From: Podarcis muralis
Lineage: Eukaryota
DNA: 64,000 bases
Reading direction: 5' to 3'
Assembly (NCBI RefSeq): GCF_964188315.1
Contig: NC_135666.1
Coordinates: 18,228,001 to 18,292,000 of the forward strand
Numbering within the stretch: the first letter of the stretch is position 1; every line of letters starts with the position of its first letter. Shown in pieces: positions 49,022 to 61,834 of the stretch. The position numbers and the translations under genes are program-made. The notes beneath the pieces were generated by a model. It searched no databases and had not been told where the DNA came from. It saw nothing but the letters and a program-made list of their open reading frames with translations.

Positions 49022-50416
49022 TTTTTTTAAAAAAAAAACATTTTTATTAAATTTTACATAACAGATTTCAATATAAACACATTTAGGATTCTCAGAATCC
49101 CTTGACTTTTCCTCGCCCTTCTCTGGTTTTCATTCTCAATCCCTTTTTCTTCAGCTTATCCTCCCCCCCCCCAAATTTGTTATATCTATTATTAACTTTT
49201 CCATTATATTTTGTCTTTTACAAATATTACTCTAATCCTGCCAAAAATTTTAGCTGTTTAAAATGTTCTCTTAAATAGACTAATTTTTCCCCATTCCTTC
49301 CTAAACTTCTTCTCATCCTGGTCTCTGATTCTCCCGGTTAATTTCGCCATTTCGGCATTGTCCATCATTTTCATCAGCCACTCCTCTCTGGTTGGAACTT
49401 TTTATTCTTTTCATCTCTGAGCATTCTTGCTGCTGTCACTGCATACATAAAATGTATTTTCTGCTCTCTCGGAATCTCTGTACCTAAAACACCTAATAAA
49501 AAACCTCTGGTTTTTTCACAAATGTTATTTTAATCATTTTCTTCAATTCATTATATATCATTTCCCAGACTGCTTTTGTTACCTTGCACGTCCACCACAT
49601 ATGGTAGAATGTGCCTTGTTTTTATTTACATTTCCAAAATACATTAGAAGCAGTTCTACACACCTTTGCTGATTTTACTGTTAAATACCATCGGTACATC
49701 ATTTTCACAGTTTTCCTTCAACGAACAGCACACTGTAAATTTTAGATTTTCCTTCCATAGTTTTTCCCAAGACTCAAGTTGAATATTATGCCCTATATCT
49801 TGTGCCCATTTTATCATTACTGATTTGACTTCTTCATCTTTCGTATGCCACTCTAGTAACAAATTATACATTCTAGATAATAGTTTCTCATTATTTTCCA
49901 GTAATTTCTTTTCAAACCTTGAAAATTCTGTACTAAATCCTCTTTTCTTATCTGCTTTAACCACATCATTTACTTGATGATATTGCAACCAATTTGTAAC
50001 AAAATGTCTTATATCTTCCATGCTTTTTAATTTCAAGATAACTCTTTATAAGTTGCCCATTCAGCTTTTGAGTTAACCCGTTTTAAGGATATCACTTCTA
50101 TTGGAGAAAGCCACCATGGTGTTTTCTGTTCCAACAAATCTTTATACTTTCCCCATACACCATAGATTGCTTTTCTTATTACATGATTTAAAAAACCTTT
50201 ATGCACTTTGGTCTTTGCATACCACAAATATGAATGCCATCCATATCTGTTGACATGACCTTCAAGGTCTAATATCTCTGTGTTTTTTAAAGTTATCCAT
50301 TCCTTTACCCAGCAGAGACAAGACACCTCATAATACAATTTTAGATCTGGCAGAGAGAAGCCCCCTCTTTCTTTATCATCTGTTAATAGTTTATATTTAA
50401 TCCTTGGTTTCTGCAA
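49022..50416 (-). mobile_element. L1-type LINE, 5'-truncated ORF2 3' part (frameshifted)
   Basis: ORFs 50033-50545 (KERGGFSLPDLKLYY...WVKEW) and 49656-50036 (WEKLWK), zinc knuckle GTFYHMWWTCK near 49580-49620, poly(A) signal and tail near 49022-49050, TSD core ttacttgcat (49010-49019, 50437-50446). Confidence 0.9.
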
Positions 50417-52632
50417 GCAAGTAAGAAGACCAAGAATTACTTGCATACTTTCTAAGGCAGGGGTTAGGCACCTTCTTGTTCCAGGGAGACAGATCTTTGT
50501 CTCCATACTGTGGGGCAACCTTGACAGGTCAGTGGTACAACCCACCTGTCAACCATCTAATATCCTAATAACACCTGATGATTGGTGGGTTGTCCCACCT
50601 ACCTGCCAATTTTTTTGTTGAAACTGTTGCTAAAATGGAGCTTTCTCCTTTATTTTAGCAGTGGTTTCAATGCAAACGACTACCAAATGCAAACCAATAT
50701 CTGGAAGGCCAGAGGTTGACGCAGAGCACAATTTAGTCAAAGTTAAGTGTATTTAAGACAAAACACTTTCAGAACTGCAGCTAAGCACATGCTTAAATGC
50801 ATCCCATGAAATCAGCAGAACTTAAAAATGCTTAACTTTAGCTGGAGCATGCCCTGAACAGATTCACCGCGCAACCCTATCTGCATCTGCTCAGAACCAA
50901 GCCCCATTGTTTAATGGGATTTACTCCCAGGTGTATAGGACTGCAACCTCAGTTACTTCTGTGCAAGCTGCAATCATAGAGCCTAGTAATTCCAGCAGTT
51001 CACTTCACATTATTGTGCAGGGGATTCCCTAGTTACCAATTATTCTGGTTCCATCTCCATGGGGAAGAGGTAAAACTTGCTGAGTCACTTCCTATCAGCG
51101 TTATAGGAACACTTGAGCCTAAATGGCTGAATAGCAGGCCAGTGGCTTTCTGATGTTACAAATCTGGCCTTCAGCCATTTCCCTAAAAACCCTTTTTCCT
51201 AATGTATGGAGGTATTACTGCTCTCAGGCCATATTGGTATATAGCACTTCAGAGTTCATTACTCATTATTTCAATTCTGACAACTATCAGCAGTGGATAA
51301 TTTGTTATCACACATTCATGCCAACACTGACCCATACTTACATGGTTAACTGGAAAGAACATCACCACGAACAATTGCATATGCCTAGAAATTCTCATGC
51401 ACACAAAATTATGCACAGATACAATACCCTTCATTTTCTTTATCAGGAAGCATTCAGTGTCAAAATAACGGGAACCATTTTTAAAAGATGATGACACTTA
51501 CCAACATGGTGTTGCTGTTTTGGTCTTTACCTTGAGTCATTTTAACTCTAGTGATCTTCTTGAGATAAATCTGTTGGCAAATGCTAATTTTTGCTAAATG
51601 TTTTTCTATTAGGCTGCAAACTTTGGTTTCATAAATAAATTAACAAAAATGATGATTCATTAGCAGAGGCTAGTTTTAATCACTAAAGTAAATGTTTGTC
51701 AGTGGAGCTGAGAATTAAAGACACAGATTCTTTTTTTAAAGTTAGTTTGGGCCTAGATGTGTTATTGCAACAGGAAATGAAAGAGATGTTATTAAAGATG
51801 GGCATTAAATTGCAAGTTATCATACACTTCCTTCATTGCTTTGAGAAGCCATGTACATAGAGGTTTTTAATATGCAATCTTATTTGATACTTTTAATTGG
51901 GTAGTAGATTGGAGATTATGTGCCAGTAAATGTTTTTCAATGCTAAGGTGAATCATGTGGCATTATAAACATAAAGTCAACTTTTACTTTGATCTCTTAA
52001 ATCAGGGTTGGTTCATTTGTGGTCTTAACCACAACTCCCATCATCCCTTGCTATTGGTCATGCTGACATGCTGGAAGTTGGAGTTCAACAACATTGGGAG
52101 GACTAGAGGTTCTCCTTCCCTGCTACGAACCCGTAAAAATTGACTTGTTTCAATGGCATTTAGATAAAACCATGTTCCGGCCTCTGCCACCAGCAATGGG
52201 AAGACCAGGCTAGCCTTATCCATCAGCCAGAAAAGTAGCAGATACAGAGAGCTTGCTTCCCCAATTCTCTGCTAAAAAGAGCTCTCTACTTCAACTGCTA
52301 CTTGTGAGGGTATACATAACAGAAGGGAATCAGGATGCTCTGACCCCATCAATCAAGAAGAAGATTGGGTTGTGCAAGCTTGGGAGGGAGCCCAGTATTA
52401 ATGCAACCTGTTGCAAACTGCCTTAATAATTATTCAGGGATAAGGCACACCATAAATCTCCAAAATTGTTAATTTTTAGCCTGTGTGGACTTAGGCCAAA
52501 TTAAACCCAAATATCCATTGCAAATTCAGAAATATTATTAAACAAAGAATCCTATTACTGAGGGAGAACAGCGCATACATTTAGGTATAGAAAGAAATTA
52601 AGGAAACAGCATATTCTCACAGCTAAAAAGCA

Positions 52633-52719
52633 ACAAAGTTTGTTCTGGTCTCTAAGGTGCTACTGGACAATTTTTTAATTTCTTTCGACTGCGTCAGACC
52701 AACACGGCTACCTACCTGA
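52633..52719 (+). mobile_element. 87-bp Penelope-like fragment lacking the hammerhead
   Basis: ggtctctaaggtgctactgg...cagaccaacacggctaccta matches the minus strand of 4588-4680. Perfect 12-bp TSD agctaaaaagca (52621-52632, 52720-52731). Confidence 0.82.
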
Positions 52720-53511
52720 AGCTAAAAAGCAGGATGAAACAGAAACTGTCCCTTTAGCAGGATTCTGGAGAACCAAGTGCTTTTCTACTTTTGCCAAAGC
52801 TAAGTGCTTCCAACACACTGTGGTATGTCTATGGAAACAGCAAAATGCAACCAAGTATTTCCAACAAGGAAACATCCTTATATGGAAAAGGGATTATTAT
52901 TTCATTTGGTGCCATGCCCTTTTATGGTGTGTAGCTGATGAGGAGCAGTTATCATGCTCTCTAGCTAAAAGGAATTTTACGGTAATTAATATACCGGAAC
53001 ATAAAGGGTGGGAAAGCAGGCAATTTGGAATTGGATTATGTGCCGGATCCTGTTTCTAATAAATACTTGCATACTTGGTAAGCAGTATGAGATAACTGGG
53101 TCATAGATACAATGGGTGTATCACATTTCAAACTAGCTGCCTTCGCTCCACAACATCCTAGGCTAATGCTTGTTCAACAGAGAACGTGGAAAGTTAGATG
53201 CCCAATTGCCTCCAGGGCAGCAACTGGAATTCCAGTCAAGCAGATTTCTTGTATTTATTTAATACAAGTAAATTTCTTTATCTGCATCACAAAACATATG
53301 CATGCACACGAGAGTAAGAGTGTGCATGTGATGTATGTTTGGGTACAGTTGCCGTTGCTTCTTTTAGTACAATGTCTCTGTTAAATTTGACAACACAGTC
53401 CTGGGATCAAAAGTCTTACCTATTCTCAATATACAGCTACCACTTTCAGAGATTTAAGGAAGTACACCCTGACATTTACATTTTTGACCTCTTAATTCTA
53501 CACCTGTACAC

Positions 53512-53647
53512 CAGTGATGGCCAAACTTGGCCCGCCAGCTGTTTGGGAACTACAACTCCCATCATCCCTAGCTAACAGGACCAGTGGTCAGGGATGATGG
53601 GAACTGTAGTCCCAAAACAGCTGGAGGGCCAAGTTTGGCCATCACTG
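53512..53647. mobile_element. hAT-type palindromic MITE (136 bp)
   Basis: Perfect 22-bp TIR cagtgatggccaaacttggccc. 8-bp TSD ctgta(c/t)ac. Confidence 0.92.
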
Positions 53648-54730
53648 CTGTATACTTTTATCTATATTTTAGGCTCCTTGTGTCCACAAGATGGCATTGT
53701 ACAACTAATATTGAAAGTTTCACAAGGCATTGTCAGAGAATTGTGAAAGAACATCAGAGATAAAAATGCTATTGGTTTAGCAGACCGTGGTGTATCAGAG
53801 GATGAAAAAATGATGTGTCAACAGCAGGAGCTGTTCGCTTCACTTCAGTCTTAAAATATGTGGACAAGTCAGAGGTTGAAGTAAATTAAATAGTTATTCT
53901 TGAAGAGCCCTTAAAATTTCAACTACCAGCAACTGAATTTGAAGGGCGTCTGACATAACTTTTTCAGACACTCATCTTAAGACCCATTTCTTCATACAAA
54001 TGGATAACCATTCAACAGTTATTGCCAGGAATACCAACTAGTGGGGATGTTTTAAAACTCATCTAATTAACGCTTCTTTGCAAAGAAGGGCATTTTAGAC
54101 TAAAATCATTTTAAAATGCTGATCGCTGGTATCTTTAATACCTTTTACTGGAATTTCTGGGAGAGAATATAAGCTTTTTGCATGTCTGAGAGCATCTTCT
54201 TCCAGAATAGAGAAGCAAAATTGATTTTCAGGGAAGCTGAAGAAGTTTCTGTCATTGCATACAAACCAAATTCATTAACACGTGAAATATTTGTAACTTC
54301 GTATCAATATTGTATTTATAATAAACACCCCTGCTGTTATATAGCCTGATGGCTGTTGCTGTAATCCCAGGAATCTCATCCCCCAATAAAGCACATTGGG
54401 TGTGGGTGGGGGAGTCTTAGCCCTTCTGGCCACAGAGAAATCCTTAAACAGGCCACAGCAAAACACTTCAGTTGATGTCCACATTTGCCTCTCCCTGTTT
54501 CAGCACATAATGCAGTTGCAGCCAATAATTTAACATGTATTAAATTGTGTGAACCCAGGATAAAAACCCAGGACTGGAAATACAGCGAGCGCATAGTAAC
54601 CAGAAGTGTGAACACTGTTGAAGTCGAGATTCTGTAAAAACTTTCACTAAACCATGCTGAAGCTCTCCTCTCAGGCATGTGAAGAGGATCACATGAGCCA
54701 AACATTTGCCTCAAGGTAGTTTTTTGCTGA

Positions 54731-55094
54731 GGGACGCGGGTGGCGCTGTGGGTAAAAGCCTCAGTGCCTAGGGCTTGCCGATCGAAAGGTTGGCGGTTCG
54801 AATCCCCGCGACGGGGTGCGCTCCCGCTGCTCGGTTCCAGCGCCTGCCAACCTAGCAGTTCGAAAGCACCCCCGGGTGCAAGTAGATAAATAGGGACCGC
54901 TTATTGGCGGGAAGGTAAACGGCGTTCCGTGTGCTGCGCTGGCTCGCCAGATGCAGCTTTGTCACGCTGGCCACGTGACCCGGAAGTGTCTGCGGACAGC
55001 GCTGGCCCCTGGCCTCTTAAGTGAGATGGGCGCACAACCCTAGAGTCTGTCAAGACTGGCCCGTACGGGCAGGGGTACCTTTACCTTTACCTTT
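54731..55094 (+). mobile_element. Sauria SINE, full length
   Basis: Head gggacgcgggtggcgctgtgg, B box ggttcgaatccc, (ACCTTT)n tail, TSD tagttttt(t)gctgag. Confidence 0.95.
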
Positions 55095-55909
55095 AGTTTT
55101 TGCTGAGAATTTCCATTCCACCTTAAGGAGCAGACATGGGATTGTTACATGTCACATGTCTGTTTACATTCCAGCACAGTATGCTGGGAACTTCCGTTTG
55201 TGTATAGCTTTTGCTTTTCTCTGTCTCTCTGAGGAGAAGAAAGGGAGATGACATGTTTTCTTTATCCTGATTTATGCTTAATAAATCTTTAGTTGTTAGT
55301 ATGTTTCCACAAACCTCATGCCTGTTCTGTTTGTGCAGTATGCTCTGCTAATATAGCGTGCTCAGGCTTTTGAAGTCTGGGTCACTGATTTACGTCACAC
55401 CAGAGATCGGGGGATCGTCATGGCTGGAAGGGTATGATCCAGCTAGGGGCTAGCCAGCTGGCATCTCAACCCCCGAAGGATGCCGAGAACAGTTTTGTCC
55501 ACATATTACTAAACCATGGTTTAGCACTGCATGCTGACACAGTTGCTGAGAACAGACGCTGGGAGCGTACTCTTGCTTTCATGCTCAGTTTGTGGGCTTC
55601 CCAGAGGCTGGTGCCTGTGAAAAAAGGTTCTGGTCCATATGGACCTTTTTAACTAACCCAGCTGGGTTCTTAGGTTTTTATGTATGCAGTTCTAACTAGC
55701 AAAGGCAATGATGTAGAAGTGGCCTTTATCAAGTGACCCAAATCACACTGACCCAACTTTATTTATGTTTGTGGGATTGATTTAAGATCCCAGCCACACA
55801 GAATCCTTAAATATCTTGAAATTCTCTGGCCTGAAAACTTAATCTTACTTTGAGTAATCCACAGCATTTTGACTACATAAAAGTCACTATGGTTACTAAT
55901 GCCACTGGG

Positions 55910-56260
55910 CTGGAGGAGACTCTTGAGAGTCCCATGGACTGCAAGAAGATCAAACCGATCCATTCTTAAGGAAATCAGCCCTGAGTGCTCACTGGAAGGA
56001 CAGATCCTGAAGCTGAGGTTCCAATACTTTGGCCACCTCATGAGAAGAGAAGACTCCCTGGAAAAGATCCTGATGCTGGGAAAGATGGAGGGCACAAGGA
56101 GAAGGGGATGACAGAGGACAAGATGGTTGGACAGTGTTCTTGAAGCTACCAGCATGAGTTTGACCAAACTGCAGGAGGCAGTGGAAGACAGGAGTGCCTG
56201 GCGTGCTCTGGTCCAGGGGGTCACGAAGAGCCAGACACGACTAAATGACCAAACAACAAC
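55910..56260 (+). mobile_element. RTE/Bov-B LINE, 5'-truncated
   Basis: Perfect 12-bp TSD aatgccactggg (55898-55909, 56261-56272). Confidence 0.95.
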
Positions 56261-57626
56261 AATGCCACTGGGACATTCGGAAGAAGTACAAAATTATAAC
56301 ATGTGCACTATCTACTCTTCCAAAGTTAGTAGAACACCCCTCCCACGTCATACACTTCTCTCCCCAACTCAGGCTGGTTTTTAACAAGTGTCACGAATAC
56401 ATCTGCCAATGCTTCTTGATCCAGCATCATAAACCTGCCCATATTTCAGAAGGTGAGCCTCAAAATGTGGCTGCAGCTGCCACCGCAAACTTTTAAACAA
56501 CAGATCACAGAGAAATTACAAGCCCTCAAACTGCAATGAACCGCATGCCAAAACAACATCTTGGCTGGAAAAACAAAGATGTAAGAATGACATCAATATC
56601 CAAACCAACATTGTGTTGGGCTACCCACATCAAACACAATCAGCAGTCATTAAAAGGGCAGGAAAAACCTCAGTGGGTAACAGCATTTCCTTTCCCTTGT
56701 TGTTGCCACCGATTTTAAAGAGCCTTCAAGATGCAGTTAACGTGATTTAGAGCCCTCTCTGTTAAATCTACATGAGTCATATTTCCTAGTGCCAGCAGCT
56801 GTGTTAGTCATCGGTGACCAAAGATGTGTGATGTGCAATGGCAAGAACATGTTGGGAATGAGTAGGAAACACCCAGGATCGAAACCCTATACACTAGGAG
56901 CTGCAATCCTGCTACAACAGAATGCTGATGAGGACAGACCCGGCAGCTTCAGAACCAGAATCAAGCAGTCACCTATACAGGATACACCTACTTCCTCTCA
57001 CTGGCGAAATCAAATTACACGTAGCATTTAGAACATTAGACTGAAATCAGATGGCTTTGGATAAGTTACCAACTTGCAGCTGGTGATGTTTCTTGGTAAA
57101 ATAAAACCAGGAAAAAAGGAGTTATGACTTACCTCACAGGATCATCGGGATGCTGGAGGAGGTTAAAGAACAGAGCACATATGGGGACAAACATTTCTAT
57201 AAAAATGGAGAACTGGAATCCTCCTTGCGTGTGCTTTTACTAAAATGTAAGGCGTCTGACCTCTAGGAGCACCTGTTAGTAAAACTGTAGGTAAAAATAG
57301 TGTGGAAACAGACAAAATCCTTTATTATTTACTATGAATATCTTTATCAATCTCACTGAGACTATAACAAAAGCTACTGACCAATTCTATAAGCTTTTGC
57401 AAGAATTACGTACTCATTAGACCTTTAGTACCCTATTTCTAAGCAAGTATTTTGTTCTTCTCTAACAACAGTGTGTGCTTTATTTTATTGAAGGTTAACT
57501 GCCACATCTCTTGCCTGCTGTTTTGTCTGGCTAGAGCTGTGAACTTGAAATGATAAGGCATTCCTTCCAATAAACTTCTAGAACAACTACATGTACCAAC
57601 AATTTGCTGATGGCCAGTTAACTCCA

Positions 57627-57777
57627 AGGATAGCGCCGTTGGTTAGAGCATGGTGCTGATAATGCCAAGGTTGCAGGTTCAATCCCATATGGGGAAATTG
57701 CATTTTCCTACATTGCAGGGGATCGGACTAGATGATCCTCAGGGTCCCTTCCAGTTCTACAGTTCTGGGATTCTATG
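57627..57777 (+). mobile_element. tRNA-derived SINE with a CR1-type tail (Squam3-like)
   Basis: tRNA-Ile-like head (tggtg-ctGATaa-tgcca anticodon arm, B box ggttcaatccc) fused to ggactagatgatcctcagggtcccttccagttcta...ttctatg. Confidence 0.8.
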
Positions 57778-58164
57778 GCACATAAAACATTTATCAACTC
57801 CTTCTGCTTTGGAGCAGCCTGTAGTAACATGTTAGCAAAAGACAGGAGTTCCAGGGTCTCCTTGCAAGTTTCCATTGACTAGGCCTGGACACACTGCAAT
57901 TTCTCAGCTTCAAGTTTACCATTTGTAAAGTGGAAGCAACAAGCACCTACCTCACCGTGACATATTTATTGCACTTCACATATGCTTTAAAAGAACTGAA
58001 ACACTGGTCTTTTTTTGCCAAATGCGATGAGCTGAAGATTTGAGAAGTGCTCCAGATATTTATTTTCCACTGTCTTCTGAAAAGCAAATGGCAGCCAACT
58101 AGAGGAATTTCTTCTAGCAGATCCATCATCAAATCGGTAGAATTGGTACTCGTCGTTTACTGCT

Positions 58165-59831
58165 TTTATTTCATTTTTTTAAAAACAGAAGAATAAACTG
58201 CAATTCATTTTAATTACAGCACATATCCACAGTTCATCATCTAAGAAGGTGCTTGGAATGAATCTGTTCTAGTATTTGTTTTCAAAATATTTGTTTGCAA
58301 AGTCTTTTGTGATTTTACTCTATCCGGTTTAACTGCAGGCATTAAAAAGGCCCAAGGATGCTATCACAGGGAAAGGAAGCACGGGTATATTCACACAAAA
58401 GGAAATCCCCCCCTAGCTCCTGTTTGTGACAGCAATTGTGACTGCATACACATCTCATGTTTAAAGCATATCTTGATAAACTGTAGTTTACCCCTCATAG
58501 AATTACATTCCCCAGCACCCTCAACAAGTCACAGTTCTCAAGATTCTGTTTTGGGGGGTGGGGAGGAAATGTGCTTTAAATGTGTGGCGTGTACACAGTT
58601 CCTGAAGAGTTGCTGGATGTCCCTACGTGCTTTCTCTTTTCAGAGCTCCAGATCAGCAGGAAACACTGCTTCAGCTAAGCAGGGGTGGGAATGTAGGCCA
58701 GGAGGAAACATAAGAGAGACTGGCGTCACACAACTGCAAAGCAATATAGCCAAATGAATATAGCACGGAGGATGGCGGTGGAGAGAAACACTTTGCACTT
58801 CTATTGATTAAATGGACAAGAAATAAATCACCTTCAGCAAATGTGGTTTACATCCACAGCACATTTCAAACAGTAAAAATCACCTCCTACTTGGGGTATT
58901 TAATAAGATTTTGACAGGCAACAGCCACTGAGTAGAGCTGACTAACCATGGTTGTGCACGTTGTGTGAAATACCCTTTAAACAAGATTGCTTAGCCTGGA
59001 AGATGACGACAAGGGAATCATTGGTATGACACAGACCTTTAAAAATACCAACGCCAGTATTATTTACAAGTAGCCTTTGTGCAAACAGTGGGTGCGAGCA
59101 TGAGCAGATTTTAAATCCCTGCATTACAATTCTGGTGGTGGCTTATGAAATATAAGACACACCGTAAATATATGTCTGCTAAAATTACTTCATAATGTGC
59201 AGCATAAATTTTAAAATTTCTTAGCTGGGCCAGATGTTCAAATAAACACCAAACACTACAAAGTTTAACCAACATGGTTCTATTTAAAAACTAGTTTCAA
59301 CCATGGCACTCAGTGACAGCAATACAATACTTTCTTCACAAAGTGATGAATATAAAAATATGCCATAAATTCATTTGTAAACTAGTATTCTAATACATGT
59401 ATGTCATTACAACATACCTTTATATATATATTTATATATATAACTCTTTCCTGAGATACTTAGGGTGGTTTTCATTTTATTGTGTTGGATGCATTATCTT
59501 TGATCACTTTAAAATACTGGTGCAAGTGGGAACAACCAAAATTATACATTTAAAGTAATTAATGCAAAGATAGGGCAGAGGAACAGCTCTTACACATGTT
59601 GCATTTTGAAAAGATGGAACAGACACTGCCTTAACCATTTGACTCTTTCTGGATCAGAAAGACACCTGAAGTTTCAATTAAGAATCTACAAAAATGCAGC
59701 GTTTCAGGAATGTTAGAGGCTGGAGTAGAAGACAAATGATACAAAGGAAAAGTCATAATTCTTGTTGACTAGACATTGCCTGCAGAAGCATCTGTACATG
59801 CTGTAGCCAGTTCACAGTTTCAATATTGATA
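58165..59831 (-). other. CREM: CREM 3' UTR (distal end uncertain)
   Basis: AT-rich, repeat-poor sequence after the bZIP-II stop. Minus-strand AATAAA at 59476-59481 and 58165-58170, with more at 57965, 57479 and 57321. Confidence 0.6.
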
Positions 59832-59976
59832 CTAGTCTGTCTTGGAAGAGCAAATGTCTTTTAAGGTTTCTAGCTCTTCTATAAGTTTCTTGTTTTGAAC
59901 TTCTAACATCGCAACACGACTCTCCAGACATTTCACATATTCTTTCTTCCGCCGTCGACATTCTTTTGCAGCCTCC
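59832..59976 (-). CDS. CREM: CREM alternative terminal bZIP exon (DBD II / Ib)
   Basis: Acceptor cttctgcttttttcag|G, then EAAKECRRRKKEYVKCLESRVAMLEVQNKKLIEELETLKDICSSKTD*. 145 nt; phase matches exon H. Confidence 0.96.
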
Positions 59977-60280
59977 CTGAAAAAAGCAGAAGTAAAAAGG
60001 GCAAACAAAAACGCTTTTTGGCATGCTACTGGAGTGGCGGGAGCAGGGAGGGGGCAGGGAAACGCAGTGATGATGGTCAATATAATATGGACACCATTAT
60101 GCTTTCCAAAATTTAGAACAACTCTTCAAAAACACCTAAGGACAACTGGGATTGCAAGGGCAACACACTGTCCCTTCCTCAAGGGCCACATGGCAATCTG
60201 TAGAATTGCTTCATCTCATGCCTTGATTAGCATTTTTAGCAAAAAAATAAAATAAAAAAAGGTCCATTGCCCATTGCCAG

Positions 60281-60425
60281 TTACTCTGTTTTATGGCAAT
60301 AAAGATCTTTGAGGGCCTTGAGTTCCTCAATGAGAGTCTTGTTTTGGTTCTCAAGCACAGCCACGCGATTTTCAAGACATTTGACATACTCCTTCTTCTT
60401 CCTGCGACACTCACGAGCAGCTTCC
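60281..60425 (-). CDS. CREM: CREM terminal bZIP exon (DBD I / Ia)
   Basis: Acceptor ttgtgttggttccag|G, then EAARECRRKKKEYVKCLENRVAVLENQNKTLIEELKALKDLYCHKTE*. Two tandem bZIP exons distinguish CREM from CREB1 and ATF1. Confidence 0.96.
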
Positions 60426-61775
60426 CTGGAACCAACACAAGGCAAATGACTATAGGAAAAGGCACAGCACAATGACAACCTGGATAAAAAAAAAAGAACC
60501 TCCAGCACCAGAAAAGCTGAAATCAGCAAGTGCCAAATTGGTAAACTGTACAACAGTCACACCACCAATTCTACAGACAATGCAGAGCAGCGGGAGAAGC
60601 TTGATAGTAAACACAGGAACAGCGTCAACGTGGCATATTCAGAGTGAGAAAATTGCAACACAGATGGATGGACAGCGTTCTATTCAGATGTTAACAAAGC
60701 ACCGCTCGCTACATCAAAACTCACATTAGAACAAAAAGCACAGGACTGACAAACATCCCACCTCATCTGTTTCCATAATTCGCCATATTCGCATGCATAA
60801 ACAGGGGGCTGAAGCATCAAAGCCTACGTCTGCCAAAATGTTATCAACTAAACTGTCTGCAAAGATCAATGTCATGCTTTCTCTTCAGACTGAAGTCTAG
60901 ATACCAGACTGAAATTTTGACCCTCAAAATCCTGTTTTGGGCAAAAGGTCAAATCAGTTATAAAGGCATTAAAAGGAACCTGAATGGGTTTGCACTATGG
61001 ATTTTAAGTTTAAAATAACTATTATAGCTTATCTCTTAAGTGTCCAAAGGACTGTGTGATATGCTGCATCTTAGCTCTACCCGCAACTCACTGTACTGAA
61101 AAAGCATGGCTTGCCTGACTCCCTAGTAAGTTCATGGCTGAGCAGACCAGCTGGAGGTGTACTAGCTACAGTTCCAATTATAAGCCACTTTACTATACCA
61201 GCTATGGCTAAATGACAGGAACAGCATTTAAACAAACGTGTTGTGCTCTTTACAAAGGAAGGGAAAGTCCATCCCTTCCATCGATGGTGTATACAATAAG
61301 ATCCAGCTCTTCTTTAGGTAAATATGGGAACCTTCTATCTTGGATTTGCTGTTATGGGCACATTTTTTCATACTATTTTGGGAACTCGGTTAACAATCTG
61401 AAGTGTCTTCTCTCCTCCTCTGAAACTCAAAACAGCTTAACTGAAGCATGTTTGAAAGTCACCTATGTGAACAGCTCTGAGAAGATTTTTGTTGTTGTTG
61501 AAAAGCAGTATATAAATATTGTAAATAAGCCCAAACAAGCAACAGTGTGAAGCTTTCAGCCATGCCATCAGCGCCTCAGTTTCTGTTAACTCACCTAAAA
61601 GCTAGGGAGATTTTATGGGGTGGGATCCACCCTCTTTTTTGTAGGGTTCACAAACAAAAGGCACTTCTGCTTGCACGAGGGGGTGGGCAAGATTTCCCCC
61701 TAGAAACATCTGCACACTCAAGCTGGGATCCTACTAGCTACCATATTTATTTATTTATACAGAAAGAAAGTACAC

Positions 61776-61834
61776 CTTAAGAAAAACTGGTGCGTGTTGC
61801 ACATGTGTTACTGATGGCAGACACAAGGCTAAAC
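61776..61834 (-). CDS. Candidate alternative CREM exon truncating the bZIP (R-FSLVSAISNTCATRTSFS*)
   Basis: Long pyrimidine tract plus ccag|G acceptor, phase compatible with exon H, in-frame TAA, possible donor G|GTGTAC and tandem AATAAA at 61746-61755. Prediction only. Confidence 0.4.

Noticed and set aside
57627-57720. tRNA-Ile(GAT) gene
   Set aside because: No acceptor stem closes, and the head is fused to a CR1-type tail, so it is a SINE.
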